Assembly (NCBI RefSeq): GCF_001194135.2 | Contig: NC_068986.1 | Location: 77,221,637-77,285,636, forward strand | Length of the DNA: 64,000 nt | From: Octopus bimaculoides | Lineage: Eukaryota | Reading direction: 5' to 3' | Part shown: piece after piece, positions 63,111-64,000 of the stretch | Layout: the number at the start of each line of letters is the position of its first letter | Position numbering within the stretch: position 1 is the stretch's first letter | Program-made: the position numbers and the translations under genes | Notes under the pieces: generated by a model | Database searches by the model: none | What the model saw: the letters and a program-made list of their open reading frames with translations, nothing else | Told to the model about the DNA's origin: nothing

Positions 63111-64000
63111 GTATGTTACTAATATTTTCTTTTTAATCTATCAATTTTTTATATTCTGGTAGTTTTTGATCTAATAGGTAAGAAAAAAAACTATAAAGTA
63201 GATGATGCAATAGTTTATTAAATATCATAACCTATTAATTTATTTCAGATATTAGTGAGCTCAATTATTTTCTATTCATCTTTCGTAGGTAGGTCATCAT
63301 CATCAAAGAAACTATCAAATACTGGTGGGTTTTTTTTAATTTTTTTTAATCCACAATACCCTCTCTGAAAACTGATGTCCTTGTCCCAATGTTAGAAATC
63401 AATAATTTATTAAATATATAAAACAGAAAATTAAAAAGCTTATTCTGGGTTAGTTGCACAAGTTAAACTAAATGATCACATAAACCAAAAGGGAGTCTAT
63501 TGGTTTGTTATCGAATTTTTCTTTTTAATGACACTAGGCAATATGTATATTTTGGTAACAGTTGAATTTTGTAGAGGGTTAGTGGTGGGCAAGGGTAACG
63601 ATTTAATAGGGAGACTTTGGGCATTGAAATTTAACTGAACAATCTATTTTGGTAGACTTTCAGCCTAGGGACAGTTTCCAGAAACTTCTCTTCTGGAAAA
63701 TGTTGGGGTAAAAAGCATTTCTACAGACATGGTAGAACTGCAGCTGAGCAACAAAACCTTTTGTTTATGCAGTTGTTCAATGTCCAAGTATTGTTGACTT
63801 GTGGAGTTGTGTAACAAATCTTTCAATTTGTTGGGTCTTTTGTGAAGATCACCTGCTGCCTTCCTTGAGAAGGGACAAGCAGTTTTCCTCTGTCTTAAGG
63901 CTATAACAAAAGAGTTTGTATGGTGGACAAGACTGAAAGGATTGAGGGCAGTTTCTTCTTTGGCCAAGCCTTCATAAACTTCAAATTCTACTTGGAGACG

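Noticed and set aside
63665-63967. 100-aa minus-strand ORF at the window end
   Set aside because: No recognisable motif or splice context; probably a decayed repeat within the PALB2-like intron.

Overview
AT-rich, repeat-dense, gapped (N-run) animal genomic DNA. The SINE, RTE-LINE and MITE families point to a coleoid cephalopod, most likely Octopus (inference). Two intron-containing host genes lie on the + strand. (1) A complete 8-exon syntaxin-16 (STX16) gene, CDS 4870-30598, 936 nt / 311 aa, with all GT-AG junctions in phase. (2) The 5' five exons of a gene I call a divergent PALB2 homologue (46904 to >63110). It has an N-terminal coiled coil, a long S/N/K-rich linker with an FxLPxxxF motif and the start of a WD40 domain; its second exon is 61 nt, which leaves the reading frame unresolved. 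The rest is fossil mobile DNA: Dong/R4, CR1, Tx1, RTE and RTE-X LINE fragments, two Ty3/Gypsy fragments, hAT/Buster and mariner transposase fossils, hAT, piggyBac and Merlin-type MITEs, a Helitron-like element, many tRNA-derived SINEs and microsatellites. Most notable: a 2-kb non-coding LTR element with five tandem tRNA-Ser PBS-like motifs (60408-62447, minus); a 158-nt hairpin upstream of STX16 whose six non-Watson-Crick transition pairs are all G-U on the + strand; opposing SINE arrays in STX16 intron 2; and a twin-priming-type inversion in an RTE-X LINE. Family assignments rest on recalled motifs, not database searches. Repeat boundaries are approximate unless TSD/TIR positions are stated.
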